Source: Octopus sinensis
Taxonomy: Eukaryota
Assembly (NCBI RefSeq): GCF_006345805.1
Contig: NC_043004.1
Location: forward strand, 98,890,001-98,954,000
Direction: 5' to 3'
Length of the DNA stretch: 64,000 bases
Shown: piece by piece, positions 52,474 through 63,664 of the stretch
Numbering within the stretch: the stretch's first letter is position 1
Layout: every line of letters starts with the position of its first letter
The notes under the pieces: generated by a model
What the model saw: the letters and a program-made list of their open reading frames with translations, nothing else
Databases searched by the model: none
Told to the model about the DNA's origin: nothing
Position numbers and translations under genes: made by a program

Positions 52474-52617
52474 TAACATCAAAAAATACCTTAAGAATGA
52501 GAACCCAGGTTCAAAATTTCCCCAAGACCTGATGAAGGCTGGAGGGTATATTAGCCGAAATGCTATGTTAACAAAAAACAAGATGAGGCCAAATATCCGT
52601 CAAATGTAAATAATGTA
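52286..52617 (+). mobile_element. tRNA-headed SINE-like element with (AAT)n, decayed hammerhead motif and an inverted copy of its own 3' end
   Basis: 52286-52363 is the reverse complement of the 3' end (52570-52617 and beyond). A box TTGCGTAGTGG at 52362; B box-like GAGTTTGATTCC at 52405. CTGATGA-A-GGCT...AGCC-GAAA at 52529-52560. Confidence 0.7.
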
Positions 52618-53548
52618 TGGGGTGATATTTTTAGAAACAAATTGGTTGGATAATCAGGGGATGTGATCTGACCTAACAGTAGTCTGAACCTAGTCCCTGA
52701 ATGCAAGAGGCCAAGAGAAGCATGACTGAACAAGTCATTGTTCAAGTGAAAAATGGAATTTGAAAAGGAAATGGTCAGAAAAATCCCTATAATTGTATAC
52801 TTTTAACAATGACATTGTTCATTTTTTGTGGCATCAACAGCAAATAGCTGCTGCAATCTCTACAGTCTACATAGGGTTCATTTTCACAGCTTGGCTTCAA
52901 AGTTCCCTGAGGCATCCTCTGATTCAACTGGGTAAGTCACCTTACCAGCAATTGCACACTCTAAGATTTTAGGTCTAGTAAGGCTTGCACAGCACTTCAC
53001 AAACCCTCTCAACCCTACTGACATGATCCAGAATAATATCAAGGGAAGATATCCAGTGCCAATAATGGTTGCTGTTGCAGAAATGTAGAAGTGCCTCAAT
53101 TTCAAATGTAAGCAAGGTTCCCTAGAATGTTCACTGACTACTTTTTATAGATATAGATATATATAAGAATATTTTGACAATGCAATACTCCTACTAATAC
53201 AACTACTAATAATATTACTACTCATACTACTACTGCTACTTCTACTAAGTTCCACTCTCTCAATTGTTACCACCCTATTGTAACCAGCTTTTACCCTTTC
53301 TACTTAAACATCCCAATCTTTCCCCCACTTTCCCCATACAATAGCTATTCTTCAAGTGCTCTGTTTGTTATTTCCAGCAATGGCTCTGACAAAGGTATCA
53401 TTAATTTTCTTAGGTCCTTCGATTTACCTCAATAGACCAATAGAATAAGCTTATCTATAATGACTACTGGAAACAACTGTAAGCCAAATTTGCTATAATA
53501 AAGGAATCATATGTAATGACCATTATCTTAACTTGTCTCTTATGTGTG

Positions 53549-53572
<24 letters not shown>

Positions 53573-53580
<8 letters not shown>

Positions 53581-54345
53581 CCAATTAAGGACTGAACACG
53601 AAAAGTGGACAGTCAACATGCTAGATATAGATGTCAAATCGCCATTCTCCACAAAAGATTATGTTCTCAGATCAAACTCAGCACAAAACCAAAGCAATAA
53701 ACAAGTGAAAATATACGAAATAAAATAATTACCCATGTACTGACCCATGTATATATAAATATTTTAATCTCCGGATTCTTTTTTAATATGCTAGACCACT
53801 GGTCTTAATTGATAAATATCAATTTCTACCCTTAATTAATTTTATATAAATAAATATGTTCTCTAACCGATAAATTGACTGCTGCTAATTATTAGCTGCA
53901 GGCTGGTTTTCTCGGGTCTCAACGCGCCAAAGTAAAGGCATTTGAAATATATATTCGAATGTAATAGGCTGAACTCCATGCACGCGATACTTCGGTATCG
54001 TGTTTGCATCTAGTCCAGCAAATTGCATTTATAACGGACCATGCTGATGAAGGCTGCAGTTATCCTTGCGGATAATAATAGCCGAAACTGATCAGTACAT
54101 GGGTAATTATTTTATTTCGTATATTTTCACTTGTTTATTGCTTTGGTTTTGTGCTGAGTTTTGATCTGAGAACATAATCTTTTGTGGAGAATGGCGATTT
54201 GACGTCTATATCTAGCATGTTGACTGTCCACTTTTCGTGTTCAGTCCTTAATTGGTATATATAAATATTTTAATCTTCGGATTCTTTTTTAATATGCTAG
54301 ACCACTGGTCTTAATTGATAAATATCAATTTCTACCCTTAATTAG

Positions 54346-54350
<5 letters not shown>
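53573..54350 (+). mobile_element. Second hammerhead-containing element (506-bp unit, ~1.2 copies) with inverted 5' arm
   Basis: 53573-53743 is the reverse complement of 54092-54262. 53749-53840 is directly repeated from 54255. (TA)n flanks both sides. Confidence 0.88.
54039..54102 (+). ncRNA. Type I hammerhead ribozyme with long stem II
   Basis: CCATG-CTGATGA-A-GGCT gcag TTATCC ttgc GGATAA taat AGCC-GAAA-CTGATCAG-TA^CATGG; predicted cleavage after 54097. Confidence 0.85.
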
Positions 54351-54386
<36 letters not shown>

Positions 54387-55124
54387 CATCCAAGCTAAAT
54401 TGGATGTGCTGTTGATGACAATTCTGACTGTTATGAACACCCTGTGAATCATCTTATTTAGATGACAATTGTTAAAAATCACAGACTATATCAGCTGATG
54501 AAATTGTTGTCTGCATCAATGGATAGCACTACTGCATCATGTTATTTCACCGTAAAATGAAGATCATCAGCAGTAGCTAGCTGAACACCAAATGCCAGAT
54601 CAAAATTAACTGAAATCAATATGGTATTGAGCCATTGAGCTGTGAATAAATTAGCTATTACTGATAGAAGCAGATTTTGACATGAATATTAATTAACACA
54701 TCCAATTTAGGATGGATGTACAAATTAATATTCTCTGCATGCAGCAGAGGTTAGACAAAATCCCAGAAAAGAGAGGTGAACACAGGAATCTTGGTTCCTG
54801 AATGACCTGTGTTTAAAAGAATTATTTCATCTCCAATGCCCTTCTCGAAGCATGTACCATGGACGCAATATCCTCACCTCTCACCAAACAAATAAGTAGC
54901 CAACCAGTCAAAAACAAATTGGCGGCATGAGTAAGATACACAGATGGCAAGACCTTTCAACAGGCATATTTTATTGGTTGCAGTTCTGCTTTGGGTTATA
55001 GGAATCTTAAACTATGATGTACATTGCATTAACCTCACATCTCAAATGAAGATCATCTTTGCTCTTATTAATGTAACTATTTGCTATATTTGCTTCTAGC
55101 ATACCACTACAGTAATCCCTCACC

Positions 55125-55380
55125 TATTGCCGGTGGCACGTACAAAGCACCAACCAATTGTGGCCGTTGCCAGCCTCCCCTGGCACCTGTGCCGGCGGCA
55201 CGTAAAAAGCACCCACTACAATCACGGAGTGGTTGGCGTTAGGAAGGGCATCAATTGTAGAAACACTGCCAGATCAGACTGGAGCCTGGTACAGCCTCCT
55301 GGCTTCCCAGACCCCAGTTGAATCGTCCAACCCATGCTAGCATGGAAAGCGGACATTAAACGATGATGATGATGATGATG
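55125..55380 (+). mobile_element. RTE-LINE 3' UTR with (GAT)n tail
   Basis: Matches 61480-61715. Confidence 0.85.
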
Positions 55381-55574
55381 ATCGCGGGTGTTACATTCCA
55401 AAATCTTATGTGGTAGGTGAAAGTATGCAAAGTAGAAACAGTACTGTACTGCATATACTTTTATCCTTTTCATATTTTGTATGTACTTATTTTATTATAA
55501 ATGCAAAACAACATCATAACCATGCCTCCTGAGTTTCGTTTTCCATATAATAAGTGTGATTCTTTGTTTACACT

Positions 55575-55990
55575 CTTTTACTCTTTTACTCTTTTACTTG
55601 TTTCAGTCATTTGACTGTGGCCATGCTGGAGCACCACCTTTAGTCGAGCAAATCGACCCCGGGACTTATTCTTTGTAAGCCCAGTACTTATTCTATCGGT
55701 CTCTTTTGCCGAACCGCTAAGTGACGGGGATGTAAATACACCAGCATCAGTTGTCAAGCAATGCTAGGGCGACAAACACAGACACACAAACACACACACA
55801 CATCTATATATATATACATATATACGACAGGCTTCTTTTAGTTTCCGTCTACCAAATCCACTTACAAGGCATTGGTCAGCCCGAGGCTATAGCAGAAGAC
55901 ACTTGCCCAAGATGCCAAGCAGTGGGACTGAACCCGCAACCATGTGGTTGGTTAGCAAGCTACTTATCACACAGCCACTCCTGCACCTAT
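55575..55990 (-). mobile_element. SINE family A
   Basis: Near-complete copy. Confidence 0.9.
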
Positions 55991-56065
55991 GTATTTCCTT
56001 TAAATATATTTTAATTAATGTGTTATACAGTGCAGTACTGTATAACACATTAATTGTTATACAGA

Positions 56066-56400
56066 GAAGGTGCATGGCTCAGTGGTTAGAGCGTCGAGCT
56101 TACGATCGTGAGTTTGTGAGTTCAAATCCCGGACTGGACTGCATGTTGTGTTCTTGAGCAAGACACTTTATTTCATGTTGCTCCAGTTCACTCAGCTGTA
56201 GAAATGAGTTGCAACATCACAGGTTCCAAGCTGTATCAGCCTTTGCTTTTCCCTTGGATAACGCAGGTGTCATGGAGAGGGGAGGCCAGTATGCATGGGT
56301 GACTGCTGGTCTTCCATAAACATCCTTGCCCAACTTGTGCCCAGGAGGGTAACTTTCTAGGTTCAATCCCACGGTCAGTCATGACCAAAGCGGGTCTCAC
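56066..56400 (+). mobile_element. tRNA-derived SINE (family E)
   Basis: ATGGCTCAGTGGTTAGAGCG (A box), GAGTTCAAATCCC (B box), TTCTTGAGCAAGACACTTT core. Confidence 0.75.
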
Positions 56401-56769
56401 CAACAGTGCAGTTCTGTACTCTATTAATTTATTAATTTCTAGGTGTGAAAATGCTTATTTTACTACAAAAATAATTAAAATCTAAAAAAAGTTATAAATG
56501 CCTATTGGTCATGGAAACCCCGTGATATACTGAGGAGTCCACAATATGAATTTACATATATTAGCCAGAAAAATCCATGATGTTCTGAGCGTGTAATAGG
56601 TGAACTGTGATGTACTGAGAGCACAAAAGGTGAACCACAATATGATGAATGGATTACTGTATACAGAAATAGCAAACAGGTATGAAAAAATGTAACTGCT
56701 GTAGTATACTTCTGGCGATTTGCTGTGTTTGAGAAGAAATATCAAGCTAAGTAAAATTGTAGTTGTGGC

Positions 56770-57060
56770 CAGAACGGGTGACACATGAGATGTGTAAAAG
56801 ACACCCATTCTGGTAAAATGTAGAGGGCATCCATACTGGTGACATGTAAGAGGCACCTGTGCCAGTGACATGTAAAAGACACTCAGTATGCTTTCTGGAG
56901 TGGTTTGCATTGAGACGGACATCCAGCCATAGAAACCAAGCCAAAACTGACTGGAGCCAGGGGTAGCATTTTAGTTTGCCAGCTCCAGCCAAACCGTCTT
57001 ACCCATGCCAACATGGAAAATGGATGCTAAATCATGATGACGACGACGATGATAATGATG
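56770..57060 (+). mobile_element. Diverged RTE 3' UTR
   Basis: CACCTGTGCCAGTGACATGTAAAA...CCCATGCCAACATGGAAAATGGATGCTAAA followed by (GAT/GAC)n. Confidence 0.7.
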
Positions 57061-58633
57061 ATGGGGGAGGGGAACAGGAGGAGGAGGAGGAGGACGATGG
57101 CGACGACAACGATGACGACGACTACGGCGATGACCATAAAAATTAATGTTATTCAAACAACATTGGATTTGGATATATTATGGGACAACATGCAGCCTAA
57201 AATCATTCCAACGTCACAAAACAAACCCAATTAACCAAAATAGCCACTGTGGTAACCTGCAATGTTCTGCCAGCACAATGTTGGTGACCCAATGTTAAAA
57301 AGTGCAGCCAAACCAATAATCTTCCACATTGGTAACTTGGATGTTTAAACAAGTTATCAACAACGATAACTTTCAGAGACAGAGAAATGGCTCTGATTAA
57401 ATTTGGGAGAACAGTATGCAGCTGAATTCAGTTTAACAAAGCATTCATTACCCTTACCTATCAGTCTTATCTTGATTCAACATGTCTTGTTCTAAACGGT
57501 AGTGTATGATCTGAGAGAGATTCAGTTACTATTTGTAGCAGATCAAATGCTAATGAAAAGACAACCTCGTTGTTTTGACAATTGCAATGAATGTAGAAAT
57601 TGCTTTCTAACAATGGTTTTATAATCGATGTGGGTTACTGTGTATGCAGTATCTCCCAGCAAAGAGTAGCATGTGCTATGGGCCCATAATTTTCAGGGGC
57701 ATCACGCTAAATGCTTTATTACTGTTTTAGTATTATACTGTTATACTGCTGTCAAAATTTATGAATGACTGGGTGCTTAAATTTGATCAAATACTCAAAT
57801 ACTTTTGGGACCCAATACACATTAAAATAAATTCTTAAAAGCTATGAATTCTGATTCACTGATTCTGCAATTGCTTTATTACCATAGTACTATATTACCG
57901 TCAACTTTTATGAGCAACTTGGTACTTAAGGTTGATTCAATATTCGGAACACTTCCAAGATCCAATGCATTTTGAATTTAACAAATTACGATAATCAAAT
58001 TGAATGGCAGCAATAAATAGGAACACTTACTTCATTTTTGTTAGAAGCTAATTAATAGACTAAAGCAGTCAATTCTCCTATTTTGATGCACTGAACTTGT
58101 TGTTCAATAATTGAGCTTGATTAATATTTTTCTCATGAATAAGATCGTTTGAACGAATCAGATTTTTAACAATATATTATGAACACCATAATGCTAACTG
58201 CCTCATCAAATCAATTCGGGATTTTTATGCAGTTTAGAAATGTTTTATAGGGAGCAGTTTTCACTTTTACTTTATGTTGTAAAGCAAACCTGTGGAGTAA
58301 ATATGCTGAAATAATTAGTCATGTTTTTAGCATTAGAGCCAACACTCCAATTTTTTTGTTTTGTTAATGTTATATCAGGAGATATTTCGGTTGTAAATGT
58401 TGGTTTTAAATTGTGGGACATGGTGGCCAGCAATTTCTGAGGGGTTGGTAAGTCACTTATATCAATTTCAGTGCTTAACTGCAACTTATTTTATCAACTA
58501 GGAACAGATGAAAGGCACAGTTGACATAGGTGCAATTTGAACTCAGAGATAAAATACCACTTAGTATTTCCCCTGGCAAGCTAATGATTCTGTTAGTTCA
58601 CCACCTTTTTATACTTTTTTTTCTTTTATCTCC

Positions 58634-59035
58634 TTTATTTTACTTGTTTCAGTCCTTTGATTGCAGCCATGCTGGAGCACCACCTTTAGTCAAAAAACAT
58701 CAACCCCAGGGTTTATTCTTTGTAAACCTAGTACTTATTCTATCAAGCTCATTTTGCTGAACCACTAAGTTGTGGGGACGTAAACACACCAACATCGGTT
58801 GTTAAGTGATGGTTGGGGGACAAACACAGGCACACACATATACACATAAGTACATATATACAACAGGCTTCTTTCAGTTTCCACCTTCCAAATCAACTCA
58901 CAGAGCATTGGTCAGCCCGAAGCTATAGCAGAAAACACTTGCCCGAGGTGCCACTCAGAGGGACAGAACCCAGAATCACGTGGTTGGGAAGCAAGCTTCT
59001 TACCACACAGCTATGCCTGTTGCTAAAGTAACAAT
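58634..59035 (-). mobile_element. SINE family A, diverged
   Basis: Colinear reverse-complement match. Confidence 0.8.
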
Positions 59036-59281
59036 GCTATGTATTAATTAATGAATTCACATAATATTATAGTATTTAACCATTGTGTCTTTAGGTTTGT
59101 TCAAACAGAAACAAAAAATCTATAAAAGAAACGTGCCAACCAATTCAAATTATCTATATAACTTACCACGCCTAAGCTGTTGTCTTGCAGGATTAACTAT
59201 CTACATGTTACAGACATGTCATCTCCAGGTAAATAACAACCTTTACATAAAATAATAAATACTAAAATCACTGTAGACATT

Positions 59282-59581
59282 TCACCACCACCACCACCAC
59301 CACCACTGCCACCACCACTGCCACTACCACCGCCTCCACCACCACCACCACCACCACCGCCACCACCGCCACCACTGCCTCCACCACCACCACTACCACC
59401 ACCACCACCATCACCACCACCACCACCACCACCACTGCCACTACCACCGCCTCCTCCACCACCACCACCACCACCACCACCACCACCGCCACCACTGCCG
59501 CTACCACTGCCTCCTCCACCACCACCACCAACCACCACCACCACCACCACCACCACCACCACCACCACCACCACCACCACT
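59282..59581. repeat. (CAC)n-dominated trinucleotide tract
   Basis: Direct inspection. Confidence 0.95.
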
Positions 59582-59908
59582 GTACCAGTTGATCAATATA
59601 CATTAGTCCTAAACAGATTAATCCTCAGAAATAATTATAATTATCTTCTCCATTGAAATACACATCCAGCAAACGAAAGGTGTTAGCATGTACCAGCCCA
59701 GGGTACAGGTAGATCTATGTATCCATCATTAAAAATAGACAATCTCATTCACAAGAATAAGAGTGATCCAAACAAATAACAGAGTTTCTCCTTGTGTTTT
59801 TTTCTTCTTTTTTTGTTATTTTGGACTCTTTGTAACATTTACTTAGTTGCAGAAATTGATTTTGAACTCGTGTGTTACTGGTGTTGATCCTAGTAGTAGT
59901 AGCAGTAT

Positions 59909-59972
<64 letters not shown>

Positions 59973-60334
59973 GGTGGTGGTGGTAGTAGTAGTGGTATTG
60001 GTAGTGGTGGTGGTGCTGCAGGTGGTGGCGGCAGCGGACTGGTGATGGTGGTGGTGGTGGTGGCTGTGGTAGCAGCAACAGTTGTAACAGGAGTAGTAGT
60101 AGCAGCAGTAGTCGTAGGAGTAGTAGCAGCAGCAGCAGTGGCAGTATAAGCAGTAGTAGTAGTAGTAGTTGCTGTTTGATAATATTGTTTCTTATGGCAA
60201 AAAGAATGGTGAGCTGCCAGAGTCGTTAGCATGCCAGAGAAAATGGTAGAATGCTTCGGGGCATTTCTTTTGGCATTACATTTTAATTTCAAATTCCACA
60301 AAGGTCTATTTTGCCTTTAAATCCCTTTAGGGTC

Positions 60335-60740
60335 ATCATCATCATCCTTTAACTTAACATTCGTTTTCCATGCTGGCATGGGTTAGATGGTTTGACTGTG
60401 GTCTGGAGAGCCAGAAGGCTGTACCAGGCTCCAATCTGATCTGGCAAGGTTTCTACAGCTGGATGCCCTTCCTAATGCCAATCACTCCGAGAGTGTAGTG
60501 GGTGTTTTTTACATGCCACCAGCATGGGAGCTAGTCAGGTGGGTCTGGTAGTGATCACATTCGGATACTGCTTTTTACTTGCCACTGGCACAAGAGCCAG
60601 TCAGGGGTTACTGGCATCAGCCACGATCGGATGGTGGTTCTTACATGCCACCAGCATAGAAGCCAGTCTGGAAGGCCTAGCATCAATCACATGCTTTTTA
60701 TGTCAGGGCCTACTTGCATCACCCATGTTCAGTTGGTGCT
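60335..60740 (-). mobile_element. Diverged RTE 3' UTR including the internal ~60-bp repeats
   Basis: (CAT)n...CATGCTGGCATGGGTTAG...GGATGCCCTTCCTAATGCCAA...repeated TTACATGCCACCAGCA. Confidence 0.75.
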
Positions 60741-60804
60741 GGCTGATCACAAATTTCAGTGATTCTTACCTACATATATGTCCATCCCCCATATATACAT
60801 ATAT

Positions 60805-61030
60805 ATGTGACCTCGTGTGTACCGTTGGCGATTTTTTTTCCTCTGTCTTCCCTTCTCTGGATCTTTCCTTCTCTGGATCTTTCCTTCTCCTATGTTTCCA
60901 ACGAAGAGCTCCGCTTGAAACGTTAAACCCTCCTTCTTTCCTTCTTTCCTTCTTTCCTGAGAGTCCAATAATACTATATTTGTTCCACGTCCTCGTGTTG
61001 TGTTTTTTTGTGCTTTCTTGTTTGGATTAA
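60805..61030 (+). mobile_element. PLE pseudo-LTR-like fragment with hammerhead-like motif (60894-60928)
   Basis: GTTT-CCAACGA-A-GAGC TCC GCTT-GAAA-CG-TT^AAAC; same family as 16303-16500. Confidence 0.55.
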
Positions 61031-61047
61031 CTATATATATATATATA

Positions 61048-61715
61048 TGTGAGAATGGATGAAGATAGGTGTGTGAAAAAGTGCTACACCCTGGCAGTTG
61101 AGGGGACCTGTGGAAGAGGTAGACCCAGAAAAACCTGGGTCGAGGTGGTGAAGCATGACCTTCGAACTCTAGGTCTCACCAAGGAAATGACCAGAGACCG
61201 AGACCTATGGAAGTATGCTGTGCGTGAGAAGACCCGGCAAGACCAGTGAGAACAATCAAAATCAAATCATATATCAGAAAGCAGGGGTTAAGTGACCCAT
61301 CCGTTCGTGTCCGCTGTCAGCCTCGTCTGGCACCCGTGCCGGTGACACGTAAAAGCACCGTCCGCTCGTGGCCGTTTGCCAGCTCTGTCTGGCAACCGTG
61401 TCGGTGGCACGTAAAAGCACCATCCGTTCGTGTCCGTTGCCAGCATCGCCTGGCCCCGTGCCGGTGACACGTAAAAGCACCATCCGTTCGTGGCCGTTCG
61501 CCAGCTCTGTCTGGCACCTGTGCAGGTGGCACGTAAAAAACACCCACTACACTCGCGGAGTGGTTGGCGTTAGGAAGGGCATCCAGCCGTAGAAACACTG
61601 CCAGATCTGACTGGGCCTGACGAAGCCTTCCAGCTTCACAGACCCCAGTTGACCCGTCCAACCCATGCTAGCATGGAAAGCGGACGCTAAACGATGATGA
61701 TGATGATGATGATGA
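61048..61715 (+). mobile_element. 5'-truncated RTE-clade LINE: ORF2 C-terminus, 3' UTR with four ~61-bp repeats, and (GAT)n tail
   Basis: RMDEDRCVKK...GTCGRGRPRKTWVEVVKHDL...DRDLWK* (61049-61249), repeats at ~61297-61540, tail at 61693-61715. Confidence 0.88.
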
Positions 61716-61875
61716 TATATATATAACGGAGTAAACACATAAATGTGAAATAAGGTGGAAAAAAGAGTACTCAAATGCCAGTGGTAGAGTAATATGCTTT
61801 ATTTAAAGCAGCAGAAAATTCAACAAAACCTGTTACTCTGAGTTTCCCGTTGCTGTTCATCGGACAGTTTTTGCT
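61716..61875 (-). mobile_element. Short PLE pseudo-LTR-like fragment between (TA)n tracts with hammerhead-like motif (61830-61867)
   Basis: Reverse complement CTGT-CCGATGA-acagcaacgg-GAAA-CTCAGAG-TA^ACAG; stem II does not pair well. Confidence 0.5.
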
Positions 61876-61995
61876 ATATATATATATATATACATATGTA
61901 TATTTATAGATCTATTTGAATAAATGAATAGAAACGGTTTTTCTGATAATTTTTTTCACTTTAATAATTAAATGTTTTTAAACTTATTCTTTTAT

Positions 61996-62216
61996 TCTTT
62001 TGTTTGTTTCAGTCATTTGACTGTGGCCATGCTGGAGCACCGCCTTTAGTCAAATTAATTGACCCCAGGACTTACTCTTTGTAAGCCTAGTCCTTATTCT
62101 ATCGATTTCTTTTGCTGAACTTCTAAGTTACTGGGACATAAAACACACCAATATTGGTTGCCAGATACACAAACATATACATACATACATACATACATAC
62201 ACACATACATACATGC

Positions 62217-62252
<36 letters not shown>

Positions 62253-62392
62253 GATGTTTCTATCCACCAAATCTACTCACAAAGCTTTGGTTGGCCTGAG
62301 GCTGTAGTAGAAGACACCTGACCAAGGTGCCATGCAGTGGAGCTAAACCCCGAACCATGTGGTTGGTAAGCAAACTACAGCCATTCCTGTGT
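61996..62392 (-). mobile_element. SINE family A, diverged
   Basis: Colinear reverse-complement match. Confidence 0.8.
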
Positions 62393-62814
62393 CTATCTAA
62401 TTATTAGAGTGGAAAACTTATCAGAAATGCCATCTCTCTTCATTTTTTCAAATATATAATACTATATCAAGGACTTTTAATTTCTTATTCTACAATATAT
62501 ATTTATACACATATATGCACACACACATGCACATGTACATGGATACACACACACACACATATATACAAGCATGCATGCTATCAGTTCTTGCTCAATGTAG
62601 CTCATATGTTCTTCGGACGTGTGCCTTCAAATGGAACAACATAATGCGGAACAAATTCTTTTCTAGTCTAGGCACAAGGCCTGAAATTTTTGAGGAGGTG
62701 GGGGCCAGTCAATTAGATTGATCCCTGGACGCAAGTGGTACTTAATTTATCAACCCTGAAAAAATGAAAGGCAGTCAAACACAGCAGAATTTGAACTCAG
62801 AGCATAAAGACAGG

Positions 62815-63210
62815 CAGATGAGATACTTTCTTTACATGAAAATGTCACATGGATCATAAGAGACTATCTCTGCATATACTGCATAGCAGATGAGATACTT
62901 TCTTTACATGAAAATGTCACATGGATCATAAGAGAATATCTCTGCATATACTGCATAGCAGATGAGATACTTTCTTTACATGAAAATGTCACATGGATCA
63001 TAAGAGAATATCTCTGCATATACTGCATAGCAGATGAGATACTTTCTTTACATGAAAATGTCACATGGATCATAAGAGAATATCTCTGCATATACTGCAT
63101 AGCAGATGAGATACTTCCTTTACATGAAAATGTCACATGGATCATAAGAGAATATCTCTGCATATACTGCATAGCAAATGAGATACTTTCTTTACATGAA
63201 AATGTCACAT
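62815..63210. repeat. 72-bp tandem repeat (5.5 near-identical units)
   Basis: CAGATGAGATACTTTCTTTACATG... at 62815, 62887, 62959, 63031, 63103 and 63175. Confidence 0.95.
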
Positions 63211-63664
63211 ACATTATAGGATAATAACTCTACCTATGTGACATAAACAGATGGGATAACATCTTTTACAGACATATGATGACATAGAAATGGTATTAGA
63301 TCTGAAACATAGTGAAAGCACAACCATCTTACATCCACAATCTCTCCTATCATCATTACTACCATTAGCAATGTCATCTTGACCATTATCATCATTACCA
63401 TCGCCAACCGCCGCGGCCGCCACCACCGCCATCATCATCATCATCATCATCATCATCAGTATAATCAGTATTGAAATTGGTTTGGTCTGAAAGCAGCAGA
63501 ATCACAAATAGTTGGCACCAGAGTCAAGACAGATGCCAATGCTGTAGGTTTACAGTTGCTAAAGTGATTTATTGTAACATTTGACCCAACTAAGTAATCT
63601 GAATATTAAATTCACTTCGATAATGATTATATACCAAGCACTGACTGTATCATTGAGATTGTAA

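Noticed and set aside
52890-52931. 42-nt plus-strand micro-exon (TTTTCACAG / GG|GTAAGT); similar candidates at 34001-34086 and 45141-45210
   Set aside because: Signals are plausible, but several frames are open and no recognisable protein or consistent chain could be built
52043-54910. ~70-bp inverted repeats (52043-52113 and 54836-54910) bracketing the ribozyme elements as TIRs of a composite transposon
   Set aside because: Only ~80% identical, no TSD seen; more likely two copies of a dispersed repeat
58379-58447. 69-nt plus-strand exon with in-frame TGA (selenocysteine?)
   Set aside because: Good splice-like signals but all three frames contain stops; no SECIS or homology evidence
62864-63214. 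116-aa ORF of 24-aa repeats
   Set aside because: By-product of a 72-bp tandem repeat; no splice or other coding support
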